A stretch of DNA of 64,000 nt from a virus (Duplodnaviria; Caudoviricetes), in IMG/VR virus record IMGVR_UViG_3300020159_004070, positions 1,465 through 65,464 of that record; one strand, 5' to 3'. The notes under the pieces are model-generated. The model saw only the letters and a program-made list of their open reading frames with translations. It did not search any database and was not told where the DNA came from. Position 1 is the first letter of the stretch. The number at the start of each line of letters is the position of its first letter. Positions 38,048 to 46,192 of the stretch are shown piece after piece. Both the position numbers and the translations under genes were made by a program.

Positions 38048-38932
38048 TTGATGATATTAAGTAGAAAATTAAACCGTTTGGGATCTGTCAGTAAGGATTT
38101 ATTCTCGAAATCCGCTCTTCAGGCATCTTCCTTTTTGGATCTCGTTTCTTCGAAGATTTACGAAAACCAAAATTCAGGTCTTAATATTTCTTGTTTTGAA
38201 ATTCCCCAAAATTTTATCGTTCCAAACTTTGACCTCGTAGAAGATGAATCTGAGGATGCAAGAAAAATTTGGGAAATCTATAGGTTACTGAAAACCAACA
38301 ACCACAGAGTTGTATTTTTTTTACCATCTCAATTTTTTCTAGGAAGCCAATTGGAGGATGCAGTGGCATCAAGTAAACTCATAGTTAATGATTTAGCTTG
38401 TTTTCTAGATCAGATTGGAGTTTCTGGTCCTTCTATTGTTTTACGAATAGGAAGTGCATATGGTGCTAGAAAAGTAACTATGCAAAGATTTTGTGATAAT
38501 GCAGAATCCTTGGGCAACAAAGTGCTATCGAAGATAGCTGTTTGTAATGACGAAAAACCTTCGTTGTTTTCAGTTACAGATTTATTGAGCGGGGTTTACT
38601 ATACAAGCAAAATTCCTATTGTCTTTAGGTTATTGCCACATCAATTCAATAACGGAGGTCTTTCGATCAGGGAGGCTTTATTTCTTTCGGTCTCTACTTG
38701 GCCTGTTGGTCAAACTCCTTTATTCATTCACTCAGAGTCCTCTGAGGTGGATCAAAACGGGATAGCTTTATCACCTTCACCTTCAAATTATTTAAAACAC
38801 CGGATACCAACTTTTGGATTGGATATAGACATTGTTATTGATTCCCCGATTGAATCAAGGGCGTGTCTTAAATATCTTTCTGAATTGATCTCTTTGAAAC
38901 CAATGGTTATCAATAAAATAGAGAAGAAATAA
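38048..38932 (+). CDS. UV-damage endonuclease (UvdE/UvsE)-like protein, degenerate active site
   Basis: LPSQFFLGS, IVLRIGSAYG, CNDEKPSLFSV.DL, IPIVF and STWP align with the UvsE pattern, but the metal ligands are substituted. Confidence 0.65.
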   Translation: MMILSRKLNRLGSVSKDLFSKSALQASSFLDLVSSKIYENQNSGLNISCFEIPQNFIVPNFDLVEDESEDARKIWEIYRLLKTNNHRVVFFLPSQFFLGSQLEDAVASSKLIVNDLACFLDQIGVSGPSIVLRIGSAYGARKVTMQRFCDNAESLGNKVLSKIAVCNDEKPSLFSVTDLLSGVYYTSKIPIVFRLLPHQFNNGGLSIREALFLSVSTWPVGQTPLFIHSESSEVDQNGIALSPSPSNYLKHRIPTFGLDIDIVIDSPIESRACLKYLSELISLKPMVINKIEKK

Positions 38933-38956
38933 TTTTTTTACTTCGTCTTATTTACT

Positions 38957-38964
38957 TAGTTTTG
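38957..38964 (+). promoter_or_regulatory. Bacteroidota-type -7 element TAGTTTTG (Nei / exonuclease)
   Basis: TAnnTTTG ending 14 nt before the ATG. Confidence 0.55.
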
Positions 38965-38978
38965 AAAAAAATCACAAA

Positions 38979-39800
38979 ATGCCAGAATTAGCTGAATTAA
39001 AGCTTACAGCAGATTACGTCAACAGCGTTTCAGAAGGCAAAGTTTTCTACTCTATAGAGAAGAATCCGGAACATAAATGGAAAGACCTAAGTAAGGACGT
39101 AGAATTCCCCTTTGAAATTAGGGCCAAATCCAGAGGAAAGGAGCTCATGCTTGAGATCTCAACTGCGGAGGCTTTCTGCCATGAAAAGAATGTTGAAGTC
39201 AAACATTTGATGATGACAATGGGAATGGGAGGCAGATTCGAATGGGTTCCGGATGGATCTGAAAAAGTTAAGCACACCCATTTACAATTTGATTGTGTAG
39301 ACGGTGGACATTTGGCTTTTGTCGACATCAGAAGATTTGGTAAATGGAATTGGGGATATTGGAATTCAAAAAGAGGTCCGGATCCAACCACAGACTACTT
39401 CAGATTTTGTAATAACATAAATCAGAATCTATCACAGAGAGCTTTTGATAAACCAATCTGCGAAGTTCTAATGGACCAGAGATTTTTTAATGGTATTGGA
39501 AATTATTTAAGGGCTGAGATTTTGTATAGAATCCCACAAACCAGTCCTTTCACCACAGCTCGAGATTTCATAGAAAAACACAGGTGGGAGCTTTTTTCTC
39601 TTTGCCGTGATATTCCAATACTTGTTTATGATATTGGAGGTGGAACAATCAAGGATTGGAAAAATCCTTTTGGTGAAGTCTCTAGCGTAAGGAGCTTCAT
39701 GAAATGCTATGGAAATAAGGAAATGAAAACCGTGTTGGACCGAGGTGGTAGAAACTTTTGGTACGACCCTAAATGGAAAATTGAATCATATGATAAGTAA
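38979..39800 (+). CDS. nei: Fpg/Nei family DNA glycosylase, NEIL1-like (zincless finger)
   Basis: MPE start, RGKEL, FVDIRRFGKW, DQRFFNGIGNYLRAEILYR (H2TH) and C-terminal CYG..DRGGRNFW without a Cys4 finger. Confidence 0.92.
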   Translation: MPELAELKLTADYVNSVSEGKVFYSIEKNPEHKWKDLSKDVEFPFEIRAKSRGKELMLEISTAEAFCHEKNVEVKHLMMTMGMGGRFEWVPDGSEKVKHTHLQFDCVDGGHLAFVDIRRFGKWNWGYWNSKRGPDPTTDYFRFCNNINQNLSQRAFDKPICEVLMDQRFFNGIGNYLRAEILYRIPQTSPFTTARDFIEKHRWELFSLCRDIPILVYDIGGGTIKDWKNPFGEVSSVRSFMKCYGNKEMKTVLDRGGRNFWYDPKWKIESYDK

Positions 39801-40497
39801 AAGAATTTTAGAAAATTGTTTGTTTCTTGATGTTGAGACCGCAACAGGATCTCAAGATTTTGAACATCTTACGGAGGAAAATCCAAGGCTTGCTGCCCTT
39901 TGGTCAAGAAGAGCTAAATATTACAGAACAGCATACGAGGAAATGAGGGATCTGGATGATTCCAAGATCTACAAAGAGAAAGCAACATTGGAGCCAGAAT
40001 TTTCTAGAGTTGTTTGCGTATCTTTCGGTGTTTTGCAAGATACCGGGGATGTGAGGATGACTTCTTTTTATGGGAAAGACGAAAAAGATATTCTTGCTAA
40101 AACTGCAAAAGTTTTAACAAATGCAGCTATCAAGTCAATGAAGTTAGCAGGACATAACATAAAAGGTTTTGATGTTCCTTGTTTGGGTAAAAGAATGATA
40201 TACACTTCCCCGGATATGGATCTGCCTCCAAATTTGGTTATCTGGGATAAGAAACCCTGGGAGATTCCGTTTATCGACACGTCGGAGGTATTTGCCTTCG
40301 GAAGTTGGAGTCAGCAAAAATATCTTTCGCTTGATCTCTTATCCTGTTCGCTCGGTATTGAGTCACCCAAAGAAGATATGGATGGTTCCAAAGTAAGCGG
40401 TCACTTTTGGGCTGGGGAAGATCTTGAACTAGTAAAAGAATATTGCGAGCGTGACGTAAAAACGGTAATCGATCTACTACTGAAAGTAGCAAAATAA
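39790..40497 (+). CDS. 3'-5' exonuclease (DEDD, PolB-exo-like)
   Basis: LDVET, GHNIKGFDVP, KPWE, SLDLL and YCERDV. Confidence 0.85.
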   Translation: MISKRILENCLFLDVETATGSQDFEHLTEENPRLAALWSRRAKYYRTAYEEMRDLDDSKIYKEKATLEPEFSRVVCVSFGVLQDTGDVRMTSFYGKDEKDILAKTAKVLTNAAIKSMKLAGHNIKGFDVPCLGKRMIYTSPDMDLPPNLVIWDKKPWEIPFIDTSEVFAFGSWSQQKYLSLDLLSCSLGIESPKEDMDGSKVSGHFWAGEDLELVKEYCERDVKTVIDLLLKVAK

Positions 40498-40515
40498 TTT
40501 TTTACAAAATGTCTT

Positions 40516-40556
40516 AGGGATTATTTGGATATATAATTTCCAAATAATCCTTTTTT
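40516..40556 (+). terminator. Intrinsic terminator containing a late promoter
   Basis: Perfect 12-bp stem GGATTATTTGGA (40518-40529) / TCCAAATAATCC (40539-40550) followed by T6; GATATATA at 40528-40535. Confidence 0.75.
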
Positions 40557-41348
40557 GTGAGCGGAGTAATTAGTTTTGATAAGTTTTCTTTAAACGAGGA
40601 TAAGATCGGATCATTTTATAATGATGAGCTGAATCCGAAGTTTTGGGACAAGTACAAAACCAAAAATGGCGATGTCAAATGGAAGTTCGATTCTTTAGTT
40701 AGAAAGAAGCTTTTAAAGATATCCGAAGATTTCTATTCCAAGTTCGAAGACCTTTTAGGTGATCTCCCTATAGAGGACATCCAGCTTACTGGATCTTTAG
40801 CAAACTACAACTACACAGATCATTCTGATTTAGATGTGCACGTGCTGGTGGATTTCAAAAAGATTGATTCGCCTAAAGAAGTTCTGAAAGCTGCTATTGA
40901 TGGTGTCAGATTCATCTGGAACATGAGACACGATGTTATTCTTCGTGGCCATGACGTTGAGCTTTACCTACAAGACATACACGAGCCTCACACATCTACT
41001 GGATTATATTCCTTAAAAGAAGACAAGTGGATTAAAAATCCAGAATTCGATCCTCCGAAGGTTGATGAGCAGGATGTGAATAAAAAGTACGAAGCTTTTG
41101 TTTCTGAAATTAACTCACTAGAATCGAAGCTGGTTTCTTCTTCATCACTTCCTAAGGATGCTAAGGATTTGTATAAGCGCCTTCAAAGGTTGAAGGAGAA
41201 GATTCAAAAAATGCGCAAGGAATCTCTCAGTAAGGATGGAGAATTTTCTGTGGGTAATCTTGCCTTTAAATTGCTTAGAAATAACGGATATATAGGTAAA
41301 ATAATCGATCTGTTAACCCAGGCTTATGCCAGGATTTACTCCGAATAA
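40557..41348 (+). CDS. Pol-beta superfamily nucleotidyltransferase with capsid-targeting-like N-terminus
   Basis: LTGSLANYNY...SDLDVH (GS..DxD) and VELY; N-terminus (M)SGVISFDKFSLNE. Confidence 0.75.
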   Translation: MSGVISFDKFSLNEDKIGSFYNDELNPKFWDKYKTKNGDVKWKFDSLVRKKLLKISEDFYSKFEDLLGDLPIEDIQLTGSLANYNYTDHSDLDVHVLVDFKKIDSPKEVLKAAIDGVRFIWNMRHDVILRGHDVELYLQDIHEPHTSTGLYSLKEDKWIKNPEFDPPKVDEQDVNKKYEAFVSEINSLESKLVSSSSLPKDAKDLYKRLQRLKEKIQKMRKESLSKDGEFSVGNLAFKLLRNNGYIGKIIDLLTQAYARIYSE

Positions 41349-41359
41349 AAAATTAAGAA

Positions 41360-44083
41360 ATGATTTTACTTTTTAAAAAGGGACTGGAATACAAAGGGAG
41401 CATAAAGGGAATGCCTTCTGACAAAGATTCAAACATTTTCCCACTTATGTCCCTTCCCTTAGATTTGGGAGGAGAGCCAACAGATTTGAACGATTTTCAA
41501 TGGTGGGCTTACACAGGCAAATGGAAGGAATGGCTTAAAAAAAATCCTAGAGAATGGCAAGCAGAGTCTGAGGACTATCGTTTTGAGAAGACCGAAAGAC
41601 TTATCGAGGATATTGCCAATACCACTAACCCAGCGATAGATTATTTTGAACATCAAATAACAAACATTTGGGAAGGAAAGCAGGTAGCTTCTTTTTCTGA
41701 ATACGCAGCTCTTTTAGAAAATGAAAACTCCGGATCCTCAGCAGTAACAAAGAAATTCATAAAACTTGGATTTGCTATCGATAAGCTTTTGCAAGAAGGA
41801 AAATTATATACCGATTTAAAAATAGACAATCTCAAAACCGGAGAACCATATGCTATTGTCGTTGATCCTTTTACAGAAGGTGGAAAACCACTACCTGAGG
41901 GAAGACAAGCTCTCAGGCTTAAAAAACTTGGCAGTAGTGCTGGTGTAATTATTGCTTCGGTAGACTACAGCATTCCCATTGGATCGATAAAAGACCCAGA
42001 CAATTATTTAAAAAAGGTAGGAGAGTATGCAAAGGACGTTCTTATTGGAGGTGCACAATTAGCGGTACTTTGGGGTGTTGCTAAAATCGGTGGTGGTATG
42101 TTTATGTCCTGGAGACTTTACAAAGGAGCCAGAAACATTTACCAGAATTTTGGTAACGCTCAGAAAATATACAATACGGTTAAAACTCCAGGAATGATAA
42201 AAACATCTTGGGAAGCATTAAAAGGATTTGCAACCAAAGCATTCACCGGTAGAGGTGGAGCTTCTGCAATAGCTAATGCTGCTAGGGTGACATTACCTTC
42301 TGGAGCTTTTGTCGAGGGTGGATTAGCTTATAGTTCTAGAGGAATCTTGTTAAGAGGAGCAGCAGCACAAAGCACAAAATTAGCTGCTGAGCGACTCGTT
42401 GCTCAAGCTGGTGGTAGAGCAGCCGCTGCAGTGGCAGGTAGAGCAGCAGCAGGAGCAGGAGCAGCGGCTGCGGGATCTTCAGTTGTTGCAGCAGAAGCTT
42501 CTAATCCTGTTGGATGGGTAATCGCCGCGGTATCTGTAATTGGATCAGGTGTTAACCAAATTTGGAATTGGTATAGCGACAAACAAGCTCCTAAATACGA
42601 TGAGGTTGATGATTTCGCTTATGGTACTTTCAGCCCTGGAAATATTCCTACTGGAAAATCTATTACTATTTGTTGGACAAGTGATGGAGGTGGTGGAGCC
42701 TGGGGATTTGTGATAGACTTATTATCATTTAGCAAGGATGACACCAGAACCACTATGGAACTGGTTAAGATTGGGGAATTTGGAGAAAGATCTCTTTTCA
42801 TAATTCTTCAGATAAACTCTAAGCAATTTAAAAAACTATTGAAGGACAACGATCTAGTTCTTCTTTCATTTGCAAATTCCGACAAGTTTGAACGAGGTTA
42901 CCTTGACAACGACGATCTTGAGTTTGAAACTATAGTTATCCCAGACATTACCCAATTAACTATTGGAACTTCGCTTGTTGGTTGGTCAAAGTGGGAAGAC
43001 ATGAAACAAGCTTACGACGAAAGTCCATCAAGCCCAATTTATGTGCCTTCTGAAGCTAAGAGCAGATATGAATTCCACTATAAAGATAAAAAAGGTAAAG
43101 AAATAAATGTTACCGGTTCTCTTTTGAGTGAAAGCGAGATTCAAAACACCTACATGGATCAGCTTTTACCTATCCCTCCAGGTAAAGTAGAGGAGTCATC
43201 TACTGGACACGAAGGAAATGCTTTGAAAGAATCAAGAGTACTCTCATTCCTTGACTACCAATCTTCAATTAATGAGGAGGATGAAAAAAGAGCACCTGGT
43301 TTAGAATTCGGAAGGGAATACAAACCTAATACAGAAGCAGATCCAGAAGCAGACACAGAAAACAAAACTGGTGAAGAAGGAAAAGAGAAAAAGGAAAGCT
43401 ACGAAGATGAACTCGAGGGGGTTATATCTTCTTCCCCAATTGAACTACAGGGAACTGGATATGATCAGATTCCAATCATAGCTTACCGAGTTAGTTCTAT
43501 AGGGTTTGTGGATCCTAATGAGACAGGGCGTCCTGATAAATTCGAATTTTTCCTTGTTGGAGAACAAAGTATAGATCCCCAAGTAGATCAGCCAGTTTTG
43601 GTTGAAACCGTCTCTGAGGATCCATTAGCCGATCCAAGATACGGTTTAGCCACTTACATTCCTCCAAAAGAAGAGACAGAAGAAACCCCTGAAGAAGAAG
43701 GCCAAGGTGATGAAGAACAGATAAACTTTGATGACGTTGACACTGAAGGTAAAAAAGTTGAAACTACGAGAGGTGACGTACAGATTAAAAGTAGATCTGG
43801 ATCTCTCACTATCAAAGATAAAGAGGTAGAAGGTGGAATAAACATATTCGATGAATTTTCCACAGAGCAATTGAAAAGAGAATTAAACATCAATGATTGG
43901 GATTCAATTACTGGTGTGAAAGTTAGATACGATCGTGAAGATGAACCGATAAGCGTGGTTCTTACAAATCGATTTGCACCAACGGGTAAGAGAAGAAGAA
44001 TAGTTAAAAGAGGAGAGGAAGGTTTTGAGTCAGCTCTTTCTTTTGCAAAATCCGTTGAAGATGGTATATCCTACAAAGACTAA
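41360..44083 (+). CDS. Large late protein with hydrophobic Ala/Gly-rich membrane-insertion-like segment (candidate ejection protein)
   Basis: AAAAVAGRAAAGAGAAAAG..SNPVGWVIAAVSVIG segment, internal SFSEY..LLE and SFLDY..INE motifs, acidic C-terminus; late promoter at 41287. Confidence 0.5.
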   Translation: MILLFKKGLEYKGSIKGMPSDKDSNIFPLMSLPLDLGGEPTDLNDFQWWAYTGKWKEWLKKNPREWQAESEDYRFEKTERLIEDIANTTNPAIDYFEHQITNIWEGKQVASFSEYAALLENENSGSSAVTKKFIKLGFAIDKLLQEGKLYTDLKIDNLKTGEPYAIVVDPFTEGGKPLPEGRQALRLKKLGSSAGVIIASVDYSIPIGSIKDPDNYLKKVGEYAKDVLIGGAQLAVLWGVAKIGGGMFMSWRLYKGARNIYQNFGNAQKIYNTVKTPGMIKTSWEALKGFATKAFTGRGGASAIANAARVTLPSGAFVEGGLAYSSRGILLRGAAAQSTKLAAERLVAQAGGRAAAAVAGRAAAGAGAAAAGSSVVAAEASNPVGWVIAAVSVIGSGVNQIWNWYSDKQAPKYDEVDDFAYGTFSPGNIPTGKSITICWTSDGGGGAWGFVIDLLSFSKDDTRTTMELVKIGEFGERSLFIILQINSKQFKKLLKDNDLVLLSFANSDKFERGYLDNDDLEFETIVIPDITQLTIGTSLVGWSKWEDMKQAYDESPSSPIYVPSEAKSRYEFHYKDKKGKEINVTGSLLSESEIQNTYMDQLLPIPPGKVEESSTGHEGNALKESRVLSFLDYQSSINEEDEKRAPGLEFGREYKPNTEADPEADTENKTGEEGKEKKESYEDELEGVISSSPIELQGTGYDQIPIIAYRVSSIGFVDPNETGRPDKFEFFLVGEQSIDPQVDQPVLVETVSEDPLADPRYGLATYIPPKEETEETPEEEGQGDEEQINFDDVDTEGKKVETTRGDVQIKSRSGSLTIKDKEVEGGINIFDEFSTEQLKRELNINDWDSITGVKVRYDREDEPISVVLTNRFAPTGKRRRIVKRGEEGFESALSFAKSVEDGISYKD

Positions 44084-44112
44084 AAAAACGGTAATTTTCT
44101 GAAAACCGATTG

Positions 44113-44120
44113 GATATATA
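44113..44120 (+). promoter_or_regulatory. Late promoter GATATATA for protease/capsid
   Basis: Exact octamer ending 26 nt before the ATG. Confidence 0.7.
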
Positions 44121-44146
44121 AAGTTAAATAATAGTAAAGTCAAGAA

Positions 44147-46159
44147 ATGGACGAACTTTCTTTATTAAATGAAAACCTTCTTTTCATTCTAGAAAAGCAA
44201 AACACTAAGCTAGAGGTTTCTAAAACAGATGAGAACTCTGATGGAGCCTACATACTTAAAGGTATTGCAGCACAGTTTGGAAAAGAAAATAACAACAGCA
44301 GGATCTATGAAGAGGGCGAGTATCTTCCGCATCTAGATTACTTGAAAGACAAAATCAAACAAAACAGGCTAGTTGGTGAATTAGACCACCCTGAAAAGTT
44401 TGACGTTTCTTTGAAAAACATTTCTCACGTGATTCAGGATCTTATTTACGATAAGGAAGGAAGAGTTATTAATATCGAAGTCCGTTTGCTTGATACCCCT
44501 GCTGGACAAATTGCTAAATCTCTTGTAGATGCTGGAATTCCTCTTTCTATTTCTTCAAGAGCAGCCGGAAACGTTGGACCTGACAAAAAGGTGCAGATCA
44601 AGAAAATTTTCACTTACGATCTAGTAGCTGACCCTGGATTTCAGGACGCTCAATTAGAAAGAGTATACGAAAGCGCCGGATTTAACTCGTTTGAAATCGA
44701 AGAAAGGTCAAAAAAATCGATTCTTAATAGTTTAGAATGTGTAAATGAATCTCTAGGAATAGAAAATGAATCTGGAGTGAAGATATATAAAGTTGAAAAT
44801 AACGAAGAATTCGAAAAAATATTCAATCAAGAAAAAAATAAATCCAACGTTATGGAGGCCAACAAAGAATATGTAACTGCAGACGAGCTCAACAAATACT
44901 CGATCTTTTTGAAGAAAAAGATGGATGAGCTTGAAACGCAGATTTCAGAAATGAAAAACACTCAGCCAGTGGCTGAATCTAACAATTCCGAGATTAATAC
45001 CGCTCTGGAAGAAAGAGTTGCTAAACTTGAGAAATATTCAGAATATTTAGCAGAGAATTTAGAAAGTGCAATTAAGTATGGCGAGTACCTTGCAGAAAAT
45101 CTAGATTCAAGCATCACTTATTCAAAGTATCTCGCTGAAAACCTAGATAAGACGATTTCTTATTCCAAGTACTTGGCCGAAAACGTAGACAAGGGAATCT
45201 CTTATTCTGAGTATGTTGCGGAAAACGTTGATAAAGCAATTGATTATTCTAAGTATTTAGCTGAAAAACTTGACGACGGAATTCAATACACTGAATATGT
45301 AGCTGAAAACCTAGATAAGAATATCGCTTACTCTGAGTATTTAGCAGAAAACGTAGACAAAGGAATAGCTTACTCTGAGTATTTGGCTGAAAACCTTGAC
45401 AAAGGTATCGCTTATTCGGAATACATCGCAGAAAACCTTGACAAAGGAATTGCTTACTCTGAATACATCGGAGAAAAACTTGAGCAAGGATTAAACTACT
45501 CTGAGTACATCGCAGAAAACTTGAACAAAGGAATTGCTTACTCAGATTATCTAGCTGAAAAGCTAAATGGAAATATCAATCAAACTGAGTCTATCTCAGA
45601 AAGCATCAAAGGAACTTCTCATGCATCTCTTAATGAAAATGCAAGAAGCAATGCAGAATTTGTTGCTAACACCGAATTGGTCGAGTCTGGTTTCGCTGGA
45701 GATTACACAAATCTTAGCAGCAAAATCGATTCTCTAATTGAATCAGTCAAAACACAGAAGACTGAAACAAATATAAACGAGGCTAGAGCGAAAGTTCAGC
45801 CGACTGCTCAAACTCAAAAAGCAGATCAGGTAATTAATGAAGCACAAGAAGTTTCAGAGGCAAAATCATCAGGATTTAAATTCATCGATGAAATGCCAGA
45901 AAATTATGCTCCGATTTGGGAATCTCTAAATGAAGGACAAAAGCAATCTATTATTGCTCAGTCACATTTTTACAATTTAGAGACAGCTTATCAGATCAAG
46001 AATTTCTGGTCAACTCGTCAACTTGGTGCCAAGCCAGTTGGACTTCAAAAACTTCAAGAAAGCCAAGAAACAACAGAAACCCCTGCAAGCAAAGCTACTC
46101 AAGCATATTCTTCGGATTACTTGAATTGGGTTGCTAAATCGCTTGAAGGAAAATTCTAA
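44147..46159 (+). CDS. gp21: Prohead protease (gp21-like) fused to scaffold (gp22-like)
   Basis: ENNNSRIY, GELDHP, ISHVI, LLDTPAG, ISSRAAG and YDLVADPGF, followed by coiled-coil YxxYLAE repeats; directly upstream of the capsid gene. Confidence 0.9.
   Translation: MDELSLLNENLLFILEKQNTKLEVSKTDENSDGAYILKGIAAQFGKENNNSRIYEEGEYLPHLDYLKDKIKQNRLVGELDHPEKFDVSLKNISHVIQDLIYDKEGRVINIEVRLLDTPAGQIAKSLVDAGIPLSISSRAAGNVGPDKKVQIKKIFTYDLVADPGFQDAQLERVYESAGFNSFEIEERSKKSILNSLECVNESLGIENESGVKIYKVENNEEFEKIFNQEKNKSNVMEANKEYVTADELNKYSIFLKKKMDELETQISEMKNTQPVAESNNSEINTALEERVAKLEKYSEYLAENLESAIKYGEYLAENLDSSITYSKYLAENLDKTISYSKYLAENVDKGISYSEYVAENVDKAIDYSKYLAEKLDDGIQYTEYVAENLDKNIAYSEYLAENVDKGIAYSEYLAENLDKGIAYSEYIAENLDKGIAYSEYIGEKLEQGLNYSEYIAENLNKGIAYSDYLAEKLNGNINQTESISESIKGTSHASLNENARSNAEFVANTELVESGFAGDYTNLSSKIDSLIESVKTQKTETNINEARAKVQPTAQTQKADQVINEAQEVSEAKSSGFKFIDEMPENYAPIWESLNEGQKQSIIAQSHFYNLETAYQIKNFWSTRQLGAKPVGLQKLQESQETTETPASKATQAYSSDYLNWVAKSLEGKF
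44782..44789 (+). promoter_or_regulatory. Intragenic late promoter for a nested scaffold
   Basis: Exact GATATATA just after the protease domain, followed by an A-rich leader and an in-frame ATG at 44852. Confidence 0.55.
45035..45570 (+). repeat. 13 tandem 42-nt (14-aa) coding repeats, consensus YSEYLAENLDKGIA
   Basis: Counted directly in the translation; third-position variation shows selection at the protein level. Confidence 0.9.
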
Positions 46160-46192
46160 AAACAAAAAACCCTAAAAAAAATTAGTAAAAAC

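Noticed and set aside
45035-45570. 42-nt periodic repeats resembling a CRISPR array
   Set aside because: No unique spacers; the units are in-frame, vary at synonymous positions and encode the scaffold repeat.
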